Assembly: GCA_040389905.1 (NCBI GenBank)
Contig: JAZJZK010000050.1
Coordinates: forward strand, 12,689 to 65,171
DNA from: Gemmatimonadota bacterium
GTDB taxonomy: Bacteria; Gemmatimonadota; Gemmatimonadetes; Gemmatimonadales; Gemmatimonadaceae
Direction: 5' to 3'
DNA length: 52,483 nucleotides
Shown: piece by piece, positions 44,381 to 52,483 of the stretch
Layout: each line of letters opens with the position of its first letter
How positions within the stretch are numbered: position 1 is the first letter of the stretch
Notes under the pieces: model-generated
What the model saw: the letters and a program-made list of their open reading frames with translations, nothing else
Databases searched by the model: none
What the model was told of the DNA's origin: nothing
Position numbers and translations under genes: made by a program

Positions 44381-45697
44381 ATGTCCGCACAATTGCAAGG
44401 CAGTTTGGCCCGCGAACTCGCCGGTTGGTGCAGGCGTCTCACTGTCGCAGATGACGTTGCCGAGCGCGGCCAGATGTTGCTCGCAGACTTCACGGCGTGC
44501 ATGCTCGGCGGGCTCGACGAGCCAGTGAGTCGTTCGACCATGCGTGCACTCGGCCCGGATCGCGGTGCGGAATCGACCGCGTGGATCATGGGCACGAGCG
44601 GCCACGCGCTGGAGTTGGATGACACGCATGAAGAATCCAGCCTGCACGCGGGCACCGTTATCTGGCCGACGGTGTTGGCGCTCGCTCCCGAGTGCGGCGC
44701 GTCGTGCACCGATGCGCTCCGCGCAGCCGTCGTCGGCTACGATGTCACGTCGTTCCTCGGCAAGCTCGCCGGGGCGAAGGCAACCTACGAGCACGGTTTT
44801 CATCCCACGGGCGTCTACGGCGCGGTCGGTGCGGCTGCCGCAGCTGGATGTCTCCTGAATCTCGACGAAGACGCACTCGTCTCGGCAATGGGCATCGCGT
44901 GCTCGCTCGCCAGCGGCACGCTCGCGTTCCTCGCCGATGGAAGCTGGACGAAGCCGATGCACGCGGGCGCGGCAGCGGCACATGGCATTCGAGCCGCGCG
45001 ACTCGCGCAGGAAGGATTCCACGGTCCCGAGAGTGCGCTCGATGGAGCGGCTGGCCTGACGTGGGCATTTGCCGGCCAGCGAATCGAACGGGATGCACTT
45101 GCCCTTCCCGCGTTCGGAAGCGGCATTCGCGAAACCAGCATCAAGCTCTATCCCTGCTGCCGGTACAATCACGGACTCCTCGACCTGCTTCGGCCCGAAT
45201 CGGTGGGCGTGCTCGACCCGTCAACGATCGAACGCATCACGTGTACGGTGCTGTCGGGGGGATTCCTGCTTGTCGCCTCGCCCGCAGCGGACAAGGTCGT
45301 GGTGAGCAATCAGGTCGCAGCGCAATTCAGCGCGCCCTTCGGTGCTGCGCTCATGCTGACGCGGCACTCCGCGACGCTCCGAGAGTATCGCCAGGCATCG
45401 GTTCTCGGACCGGAATTGCGTCCGCTGATGGAGCGCGTCGAGTGTGTCACCTCGGACGAGCTCGATCGCGCCTACCCGGGCAAGTGGGGAGCCGCCATTT
45501 CGATCACGCTAAACGACGGACGACAGATCGAGCGATCGACACCATTCATGCGAGGAAGCCCGCACGCGCCGCTGACCTGGGATGGGTTGCAGCAGAAGAT
45601 GGCCGACCTGATTGGGGCGTCACTTGCCGCGGATGTGGTGCGGTACGCTCGGTCTTTCGCCGGGCCACAGGCCCCAATCACATTTCCGATTGAATAG
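44381..45697 (+). CDS. MmgE/PrpD family protein
   Basis: HALELDDTH..LHAG, GFHPTG, TKPMHAG, IKLYPCCRYNH, AQFS.PF, RGSP. Confidence 0.93.
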   Translation: MSAQLQGSLARELAGWCRRLTVADDVAERGQMLLADFTACMLGGLDEPVSRSTMRALGPDRGAESTAWIMGTSGHALELDDTHEESSLHAGTVIWPTVLALAPECGASCTDALRAAVVGYDVTSFLGKLAGAKATYEHGFHPTGVYGAVGAAAAAGCLLNLDEDALVSAMGIACSLASGTLAFLADGSWTKPMHAGAAAAHGIRAARLAQEGFHGPESALDGAAGLTWAFAGQRIERDALALPAFGSGIRETSIKLYPCCRYNHGLLDLLRPESVGVLDPSTIERITCTVLSGGFLLVASPAADKVVVSNQVAAQFSAPFGAALMLTRHSATLREYRQASVLGPELRPLMERVECVTSDELDRAYPGKWGAAISITLNDGRQIERSTPFMRGSPHAPLTWDGLQQKMADLIGASLAADVVRYARSFAGPQAPITFPIE

Positions 45698-45720
45698 GCT
45701 TCATCGCGCACTGATGACTC

Positions 45721-48700
45721 CTAGATTCGCAATTCAGACTTCATGAGCGCGACTGGCTCAAGCGTCGGAACAGGACTGCCACGCCCTTTTGAACTCGTGT
45801 GTCCCAATACGGCCCGCTCCTTCCACAGCGAGTACACCGCCGGAATTACGATCAGGGTCAACAGCGTACTCGAGATCATTCCACCGACCATCGGCGCCGC
45901 AATTCGCTTCATCACGCTGGCGCCGGTCCCATTTCCCCAGAGGATGGGCAACAGGCCGGCCATGATGGCGGTCACCGTCATCATCTTCGGGCGAACGCGT
46001 TCGACCGCGCCCTCAACGATCGCGTCGTAGAGGTCGCGCACCGTCGGCATTCGTCCGTCCGCGGCGCGCGTTGTGAGTTGCTGCTTCCACGCGTTGTCCA
46101 GATAGATCAGCATGACCACGCCCGTTTCTGCTGCCACTCCGGAGAGCGCGATGAATCCAATCGCTACCGCGACGGACCAGTTGTAGCCGAGCGCCCACAC
46201 GAACCAGATACCGCCCACGAGTGCGAACGGCAGTGACAACATCACGATGAGCGTTTCGCCAACGCTCTTGAAGTTGAAGTAGAGCAGCAGGAAGATGATC
46301 GCGAGCGTGGCCGGTATGACGAGCCGCATGCGCTCCGCGGCGCGCTGCATGTACTCGTATTGCCCGCTCCAGACGATGGAGTAACCCGGCGGCAGCTTGA
46401 CCATGTCGCTCACGGTCTTCTGTGCCTCCGCCACGTAGCTGCCGATATCTCGGCCTGCCACATCGACGTAGACCCACGCCGTCGGCATCGCACCTTCCGT
46501 GCGGACGACCATCGGCCCGGCAACCTGCTTGATGGTGGCGAGCTGACCGAGTGGCACCTGCGCAGTGCCGACGGACATCGCCGAGCCTCCTGCACCGCCT
46601 GCTTTCATTGACGGGCTGTCGGCGGACCTCGGCGCGGCTGCGCCGACGTCGTGATTCACGGGCACGAGCACCGAGGCTAGTCGTTCTGGCGTGTCGCGAA
46701 GTTCCTGCGGATAGCGCACCCGGACGCCGTACCGCTCGCGCCCCTCGACCGTCTGCGTGATTGTCATGCCTCCGATTGCGGTTGCGATCACGGCCTGCAC
46801 ATCCGCGATGTTGACGCCGTGGCGCGCAGCGGCTTCGCGGTTGATGTCGATGTCCAGGTAGTACCCGCTCACTGCACGCTCGGCGAATGCGCTCCGCGTC
46901 CCCGGGATACCCCGCACGCCTTGCTCTATCTCCTTACCGATCCGTTCCAGCTCCGCGAGGTCCGGTCCGAATACCTTGATGCCGACCGGAGTTCGGATCC
47001 CGGTGGCGAGCATGTCGATGCGCCCGCGAATCGGCATCGTCCAGGCGTTCGTCACGCCCGGCATCTTTGTCGCCGAGTCCATTTGTGCGACGAGCCGATC
47101 GTACGTCATTCCCGATCGCCACTGGGCCTTCGGCTTGAGCGTGACCGTCGTCTCGAACATGTCGAGACCCGCGGGATCGGTGGCCGTTTCGGCGCGTCCC
47201 GCCTTGCCCCACACGTGGTCCACCTCGGGGAATGTCTTGAGAATCGCGTCCTGTTGCCGCAGCACCTCCCGTGCGCGCGCGACAGGAATACCGGGCAACG
47301 TGGTCGGCATGAAGAGAATCGTCCCCTCTTCGAGCGGTGGCATAAACTCGCTGCCGAGTCGCGTCCACGGTATCCAGGTGAGGATGAGCGCAACGACAGC
47401 CGCCGTGATCACGGGCCCGCGCGACGCGAGCACGAAGCTGATGACCGGGCGATAGAGCCGGATCAACAGGCGGTTCACTGGATTCGCCCGTTCACGGTAG
47501 ATCTTTCCGCGCACGAAGAGACCCATCATGACTGGCACGAGCGTCAGCGACAGCACACTCGCCGCGGCCATGGAGAAGGTCTTCGTGAACGCGAGCGGCT
47601 TGAACAGCCGGCCCTCCTGGCCCTCGAGCGTGAAGACGGGAATGAACGACACCGTGATGATCAGGAGCGACACGAACAACGCCGGCCCCACTTCTTTCGC
47701 GCTCTCTGCGACAATCCGCCAGCGTTCCTCGGTCGTGAGGCTCGACGAGTTGAACGACGTCGATTCGATGGCCGTCGCGTCCTGCTTCGCCAACGCGGCG
47801 CGCTCGAGGTGCTTATGCAGGTTCTCGATCATCACGATCGCCCCGTCGATCATGGCGCCGATGGCAATGGCGATCCCGCCGAGTGACATGATGTCCGCGC
47901 CCACGCCCACCCAACGCATCGCGATGAACGCCATCAGGATGCCAACCGGCAATGTGAGGATCGCCACCAGCGCCGAGCGTGCATGCAGCAGGAACACGAT
48001 GCAGACGAGCGCGACGATGATCGATTCCTCGAGCAGCTTGCCCTTGAGATTCTCGATGGCTTGCTCGATCAGTTCACTGCGGTCGTACATAGGCCGCGCG
48101 ACGACGCCCGCCGGCAGTCCCTTTCCCACCTCCGCGAGCCTGGCCTTCACGTTGGTGATCGTGGTGAGCGCATTCTGGCCAAAGCGCATGATGACGATGC
48201 CGCCAACGGCGTCGCCGCGCCCGTCGAGGTCAGAGACGCCGCGGCGGATCGCTGGTCCCACTGCGACGCGTCCGAGCTCTGCAACGCGAATCGGCGTCCC
48301 CTCTTTCGTCGCGCCCACGACGACGTTCTCGATGTCGCCGATGGATCGGAGATAGCCGAGCCCACGCACCATGTACTCGCGCTCGGACAGCTCCATGGTC
48401 ATCGCGCCCACGTCGTTGTTCGCCGACTGGATGGCGCTCATGACCTTCGTAACGGGAATGCCGTAGGCCAGCAGCTTGGCCGGATCGATGTCCACCTGGT
48501 ACTGCTTCTCGAACCCGCCCACCGACGCGACCTCCGACACGCCCGGGACGGCGGTCAACGCGTAGCGCAGATACCAGTCCTGGAGGCTGCGCAGCTCGGC
48601 GAGATTCAAGCGGCCCGATGTATCCTCCAACGCGTATTGATACACCCACCCGAGTCCCGTCGCGTCGGGGCCTAGCGTCGGCTTCACCGCCGCTGGAAGC

Positions 48701-49059
48701 GTGCCCTGTACGCCGTTCAGGTACTCGAGCACGCGAGAGCGAGCCCAGTACAGGTCGGTGCCGTCGTCGAAGATGATGTACACGAACGAAACGCCGAAGA
48801 ACGAATATCCGCGCACCGTGCGTGCGCCGGGTACTTTCAGCATTTCAGCGGCGATCGGATACGTGACCTGATCTTCGACGATCCGCGGCGCCTGTTCATT
48901 GTAGTCCGCCTGCACGATGACCTGCACGTCGGAAAGCTCCGGTAGCGCTTCGAGCGGTGTGCGTCGCACCGCGAACACGCCACCAAGCAGCGCCGCTACC
49001 GTGAGGAGGAGAACGACGAGCTTGTTCCGCACCGCCCACTCGATGATTCGCGTGAGCAT
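45721..49059 (-). CDS. cusA: Heavy-metal RND efflux permease, CusA/SilA type
   Basis: SDVQVI, LYWARSRVLEYL, LGPDATGLGWVYQY, IMSLGGIAIAIG, WTMPIRGRIDMLATG, RVRPKMMT. Confidence 0.93.
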   Translation of the reverse strand: MLTRIIEWAVRNKLVVLLLTVAALLGGVFAVRRTPLEALPELSDVQVIVQADYNEQAPRIVEDQVTYPIAAEMLKVPGARTVRGYSFFGVSFVYIIFDDGTDLYWARSRVLEYLNGVQGTLPAAVKPTLGPDATGLGWVYQYALEDTSGRLNLAELRSLQDWYLRYALTAVPGVSEVASVGGFEKQYQVDIDPAKLLAYGIPVTKVMSAIQSANNDVGAMTMELSEREYMVRGLGYLRSIGDIENVVVGATKEGTPIRVAELGRVAVGPAIRRGVSDLDGRGDAVGGIVIMRFGQNALTTITNVKARLAEVGKGLPAGVVARPMYDRSELIEQAIENLKGKLLEESIIVALVCIVFLLHARSALVAILTLPVGILMAFIAMRWVGVGADIMSLGGIAIAIGAMIDGAIVMIENLHKHLERAALAKQDATAIESTSFNSSSLTTEERWRIVAESAKEVGPALFVSLLIITVSFIPVFTLEGQEGRLFKPLAFTKTFSMAAASVLSLTLVPVMMGLFVRGKIYRERANPVNRLLIRLYRPVISFVLASRGPVITAAVVALILTWIPWTRLGSEFMPPLEEGTILFMPTTLPGIPVARAREVLRQQDAILKTFPEVDHVWGKAGRAETATDPAGLDMFETTVTLKPKAQWRSGMTYDRLVAQMDSATKMPGVTNAWTMPIRGRIDMLATGIRTPVGIKVFGPDLAELERIGKEIEQGVRGIPGTRSAFAERAVSGYYLDIDINREAAARHGVNIADVQAVIATAIGGMTITQTVEGRERYGVRVRYPQELRDTPERLASVLVPVNHDVGAAAPRSADSPSMKAGGAGGSAMSVGTAQVPLGQLATIKQVAGPMVVRTEGAMPTAWVYVDVAGRDIGSYVAEAQKTVSDMVKLPPGYSIVWSGQYEYMQRAAERMRLVIPATLAIIFLLLYFNFKSVGETLIVMLSLPFALVGGIWFVWALGYNWSVAVAIGFIALSGVAAETGVVMLIYLDNAWKQQLTTRAADGRMPTVRDLYDAIVEGAVERVRPKMMTVTAIMAGLLPILWGNGTGASVMKRIAAPMVGGMISSTLLTLIVIPAVYSLWKERAVLGHTSSKGRGSPVPTLEPVALMKSELRI

Positions 49060-49064
49060 GGCCG

Positions 49065-50282
49065 TTACTCCTTCGCCTTCGGCGCTATGGGCACCGGCTT
49101 GGGAGGCGTCGTCATTTCCATGCCTGGCATGTTGCCCATGCCCCCGAGCGCCTTGCCGAGATTCGACTCGGCGTCCACCAGGAAGGTGGCCGATGCCACG
49201 ACCGTCTCCCCTGCCGATAGCCCTCGCAACACCTCGATGCGGTCGTCGTTCGTTGTGCCTAGCGCAACTTCCCGCGGCGTGAGCTGGTTGTTCGCCTCAC
49301 GGACGAAGACGATGCTCCGCTCTCCAGTGGAGAGGACCGCCGAGCGAGGAACGGTGAGTACATTCGAGCGAGCGCGTCCGGCAATCACGATAGTGGCGTA
49401 CATCCCGGGCTTGAGCGTGAGGTTGGGATTGGCCAGCACGACGCGCACGCGCACCGTGCGAGTCTCCGCGCTCAGCGTCGGGTAGATGTAGGAGATGCGC
49501 CCCATTCGGTGCTCGCCCGGAAGTGACGCGAAGTCAGCCCTGACACTCGCGCCGATCAGGACGGCGGACAGATCCTGCTCGAACACCTCGCCCTCCACCC
49601 ACAACGTGCCGAGGTCGGCCACCTTGTAGAGCGCCTCGCCGGCCATGACTTTTTGGCCAGCAAGGACGTTCTTCTCCAACACGTATCCGCCCGCCGGTGC
49701 GCGCAGGGTGAGTGTCTTCCGCGCTTGGCCGCTCTGTTCGATCGCGTTGATTTCGTCCGCCGGAATATCCCAGTAGGCGAGCCGGCGTCGCGCCGACGAA
49801 ACGAGATCATCAGCACCCTGCCGCGTATCGCTGCTGGCGGCTGACACACTGCCTTGCAGCCGCTTCGCCAACAGGAGCTCTTCCTGTGCCGACACCAGCA
49901 TCGGCGAGTAGATCGTGAGGAGCGGCTGACCTTGGCCCACGAGCTGGCCGGTCGCGTTCACGAACAACCGATCGACGAAGCCGTCTACCTTCAGGGCAAT
50001 CGTTCGCACACGGGTCTCGTCGAACGTCACCTGACCAACGGTCCGGACCTCCTTCGCCAGTGAACCCAGTGTGACGGCAGCGTACGTCACGCCGATGCGT
50101 TGCGCGTCCGCTGCGGTGAGCATGACGGCCGCCCCGTGAGTCGCGGCAGCACTCGCGGAGCCACTGCCCTTCGTCGCGGTCGTTGCCGCCGGGATCTCCT
50201 TCGTACGCGTCGCGAGATACACGACGCCGACGGCGACGACGAGCACCACGCCGTACGCCGCGCTTCTGAGTATACGTGTCAT
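49065..50282 (-). CDS. cusB: RND membrane fusion protein, CusB-like
   Basis: IYSPMLVSAQEELL, YIYPTL..ETRTVRVR, LKPGMY, FLVDAESN; Met-rich C-terminus. Confidence 0.88.
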   Translation of the reverse strand: MTRILRSAAYGVVLVVAVGVVYLATRTKEIPAATTATKGSGSASAAATHGAAVMLTAADAQRIGVTYAAVTLGSLAKEVRTVGQVTFDETRVRTIALKVDGFVDRLFVNATGQLVGQGQPLLTIYSPMLVSAQEELLLAKRLQGSVSAASSDTRQGADDLVSSARRRLAYWDIPADEINAIEQSGQARKTLTLRAPAGGYVLEKNVLAGQKVMAGEALYKVADLGTLWVEGEVFEQDLSAVLIGASVRADFASLPGEHRMGRISYIYPTLSAETRTVRVRVVLANPNLTLKPGMYATIVIAGRARSNVLTVPRSAVLSTGERSIVFVREANNQLTPREVALGTTNDDRIEVLRGLSAGETVVASATFLVDAESNLGKALGGMGNMPGMEMTTPPKPVPIAPKAKE

Positions 50283-51658
50283 CGCACGGCCTCACGAGTT
50301 GACGGCAGCGACGGGGCAACCGACGCGGATGTGTGATTCGCGTCGAACAGCGCGATGCCAACGAGCATCTCGAGCTCTGCCCATGCCTTTCCTTCCTCCG
50401 CGTACAGTGCGTACAACTCCTGGCTGTACTTGTTGACGGTCATGCGGTCATCGAGCAGCGTCATGAAGGGAATCGTCCCCACGCGATAGGCGGCGAGGGC
50501 GGACGTCACGGTTGCCTCTGCCTGCGGCAGCACCGTCGTTCGATAGAGCTGCGCGAGGGTGCGCGCCCGCATCAGCGCCGCGTACGCCTCGCCGATCTTG
50601 CCGCGCGTCTCGGCACGCATCGCCGCGACGTCCGCCTGTGCCATCTGCTTCATAGCGCCCGCCTCTTCTCGCACCTGGAACTGCCGCGAGCGAGCGAAGA
50701 TCGGCAGGGATGCCCCGAACATGAGGCTTCCCATGCGGTCAGTTCCGCCCATCTCGTTGCCCTGCTGGCCGTACTGCACTCCCACCAGGACGTCGGGGAA
50801 GATCTCCTTCCGCGCGAGTTGTGCCGACGCATCCGCCGCCCGCAGTTCATCGAGTCCGGCGCGAATCATCGGGCGTGCGTCTCGCGCCACCGAGTCCAGC
50901 CACGCACGCGTGGGTATCACATCGGGAAAGGCCGGGAGCACTGGGGTGCCAGCATCGACGGACGGGCCGCGGTCGAGCAGCGCATCGAGGCGCGCGATCA
51001 TCGACTGCCGCATGGCTTGCATCCGCAAGGTGTCTTCCACCATGCGAGCGATCTCCACGCGAGCACGAAGCACGTCGGTCTGGCGGCCCTCTCCTACGCG
51101 GTACATCGACTCCGCCGTTGCCGCGATGTCCCGCAGTAATCGCAAGGATTCGCGAGATACGTCGAGCGCGCGCTCGGTCGCGTAGAGATCGTAGAACGTC
51201 ATCGCCGTCTGGCTCCGAAGCTCCCACCACACGTCTTCGCCGCGGAATGCCGTTGCCGACGCACGTGCGCCCGCCGCCCGGCCTGCGAGCGCGAGCTTTC
51301 CGCCGAGCGGAAGCATCTGCATGAGCTGCAGTTGGGTCATGCCGAGGGTCGGCATCGGCGCCAGACGCGGCAGTGTGTAGTTCATGAATCCGAACTGCAG
51401 TTGTGGATCGGGAGGTCGCGACGCTCCCGCCACGCGCGCCAGTGCCGCGTGCGTCAGCGAGCGCGCCGCAGCGATGCGTGGATTGGCGGCTTGCACCTGG
51501 CCATAGAGGTTGCCGAGCAGCAGCGGCGGCACGACCATCCCAGCCGGAACGGCAGGCGACTGCGCAGCGGCGCTGTACGTCGGCAACGCCATCGCGACGA
51601 CGAACACGAGTGGCATGACGCTCGCGCGGCGTTTGGCACGCCGGTCAATGTCAGACAT
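50279..51658 (-). CDS. TolC-family outer membrane efflux protein
   Basis: ANPRI..A..PDP, Q.LPLGGKL, LPIF, LPQA..AYRVG; position upstream of cusB. Confidence 0.88.
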   Translation of the reverse strand: MSDIDRRAKRRASVMPLVFVVAMALPTYSAAAQSPAVPAGMVVPPLLLGNLYGQVQAANPRIAAARSLTHAALARVAGASRPPDPQLQFGFMNYTLPRLAPMPTLGMTQLQLMQMLPLGGKLALAGRAAGARASATAFRGEDVWWELRSQTAMTFYDLYATERALDVSRESLRLLRDIAATAESMYRVGEGRQTDVLRARVEIARMVEDTLRMQAMRQSMIARLDALLDRGPSVDAGTPVLPAFPDVIPTRAWLDSVARDARPMIRAGLDELRAADASAQLARKEIFPDVLVGVQYGQQGNEMGGTDRMGSLMFGASLPIFARSRQFQVREEAGAMKQMAQADVAAMRAETRGKIGEAYAALMRARTLAQLYRTTVLPQAEATVTSALAAYRVGTIPFMTLLDDRMTVNKYSQELYALYAEEGKAWAELEMLVGIALFDANHTSASVAPSLPSTREAVR

Positions 51659-51760
51659 TTCCTGTACCCCTCCCAAGGAGCGCCCGGCCAATGCGGCGAA
51701 GCGCGTCTCATCCGCTCAGCTCACCGCGTCCGCGCCGAAGAGCGTGTTGCGCGGTCGAGG

Positions 51761-52135
51761 CTACGCGCGCGGAGGAGGAATCTCGGGCGCGAACGAAGGC
51801 CCGATTGGTCGGCGAAGCGGCTCGGTTGCGCGTTGAACACTCACACGCGGGAGCGTGTCCACGCAGGCCACGCTTGGCACAGCCTCCGCGGTTGTGCATC
51901 CGGCCATCGAGACGCACGAACCGGGCGACCACGGAGTCTCGCACGGCGATGGCTCACCTTGCGCGTTGTGCGCACTGGACGCGACGTCATGCAGTGAACC
52001 GGTCATCGCCATGGCGTCCATTCCATGCATGGCACGCATCGCGCACAGCGTCCCGCTCCCCAGCAGCGAGAATTGCAGAAGAAAGGCGCTCAAGAGCGCA
52101 GCGACGAAACGGCGAGTCAGGGACGTTGGACGCAT
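51761..52135 (-). CDS. Small exported Met/His/Cys-rich protein with Pro-rich C-terminus (CutF/DUF2946-like leader)
   Basis: Hydrophobic signal; CAMRAMHGMDAMAM; CVSMAGC; ends APEIPPPRA; first gene of the efflux operon. Confidence 0.65.
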   Translation of the reverse strand: MRPTSLTRRFVAALLSAFLLQFSLLGSGTLCAMRAMHGMDAMAMTGSLHDVASSAHNAQGEPSPCETPWSPGSCVSMAGCTTAEAVPSVACVDTLPRVSVQRATEPLRRPIGPSFAPEIPPPRA

Positions 52136-52388
52136 CGGGATCCAGGACAACAATGACCTGGATTCAATGTACCACAGACGCAATCGGAACCGGGTCAGGA
52201 AAGATCAGCACGGTCGCGTCAGCATTGTTGACCGTAGAAGCGTTCTGATGTGCCGTGTGTCGGCGATTCGTGCCGAATCAACAGGAACGGATACGTGGGA
52301 GTTTGTGGAGTCAGCCTCGGCGAAGTCCCGCGCTCTGGAGAGCCCAGTGTACCAACCGGCGCGCCAGGGGGAAGCGGGAACAAGGGAA

Positions 52389-52419
52389 ACGCCCGGAGAA
52401 TCGCTGATTCTCCGGGCGT
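52389..52419 (-). terminator. Hairpin downstream of the tRNA
   Basis: Perfect 14-bp stem acgcccggagaatc / gattctccgggcgt with 3-nt loop; only a short T run on the minus strand. Confidence 0.6.
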
Positions 52420-52428
52420 CACCATCAG

Positions 52429-52483
52429 TAGCAGGGGCGGGACTCGAACCCGCGACCCCGGCATTATGAGTGCCGTGCTCTAA
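52429..52483 (-). tRNA. tRNA with CAT anticodon (elongator Met or Ile2), 5' end outside window
   Basis: Minus strand: AGAGC-A-CGGCA-CTCATAA-TGCCG-GGGTC-GCGGG-TTCGAGT-CCCGC-CCCTGCT-A; lacks initiator GGG/CCC pairs; no encoded CCA. Confidence 0.92.

Noticed and set aside
45721..52483. tRNA-anchored genomic island carrying cus genes
   Set aside because: The tRNA 3' end faces the region, but I found no integrase and no duplicated tRNA 3' end by eye; a search for TAGCAGGGGCGGGA would settle it.

Overview
High-GC bacterial DNA; the Ig-repeat lipoprotein-like proteins, the Ser/Thr-kinase remnant and the repeat families suggest Gemmatimonadota, but this is an inference. Left half (1-27 kb): mostly intact genes, including a LytS-type kinase with a chimeric regulator (LytTR-type receiver plus OmpR-type DNA-binding domain), two paralogous giant Ig/beta-solenoid surface proteins (2698 and 2311 aa), hemolysin III, M28 peptidase, GH29 fucosidase, a CotH-type kinase lipoprotein and a Rieske/FAD reductase, separated by REP-like palindromes. 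Middle (27-40.5 kb): rearranged accessory zone with an F-type lectin, PrlF-YhaV, an orphan restriction-endonuclease-like gene, an IS91/ISCR remnant with its oriIS, and many truncated or frameshifted genes. Right part: a catabolic cluster resembling the itaconate/methylsuccinate module extended by a ComDE-like decarboxylase and an aldehyde dehydrogenase and split by a ~7 kb insertion, then a Cus-type efflux operon led by a CutF-like small ORF, and a partial tRNA(CAT). All family calls come from motif recognition by eye; no database search was run.
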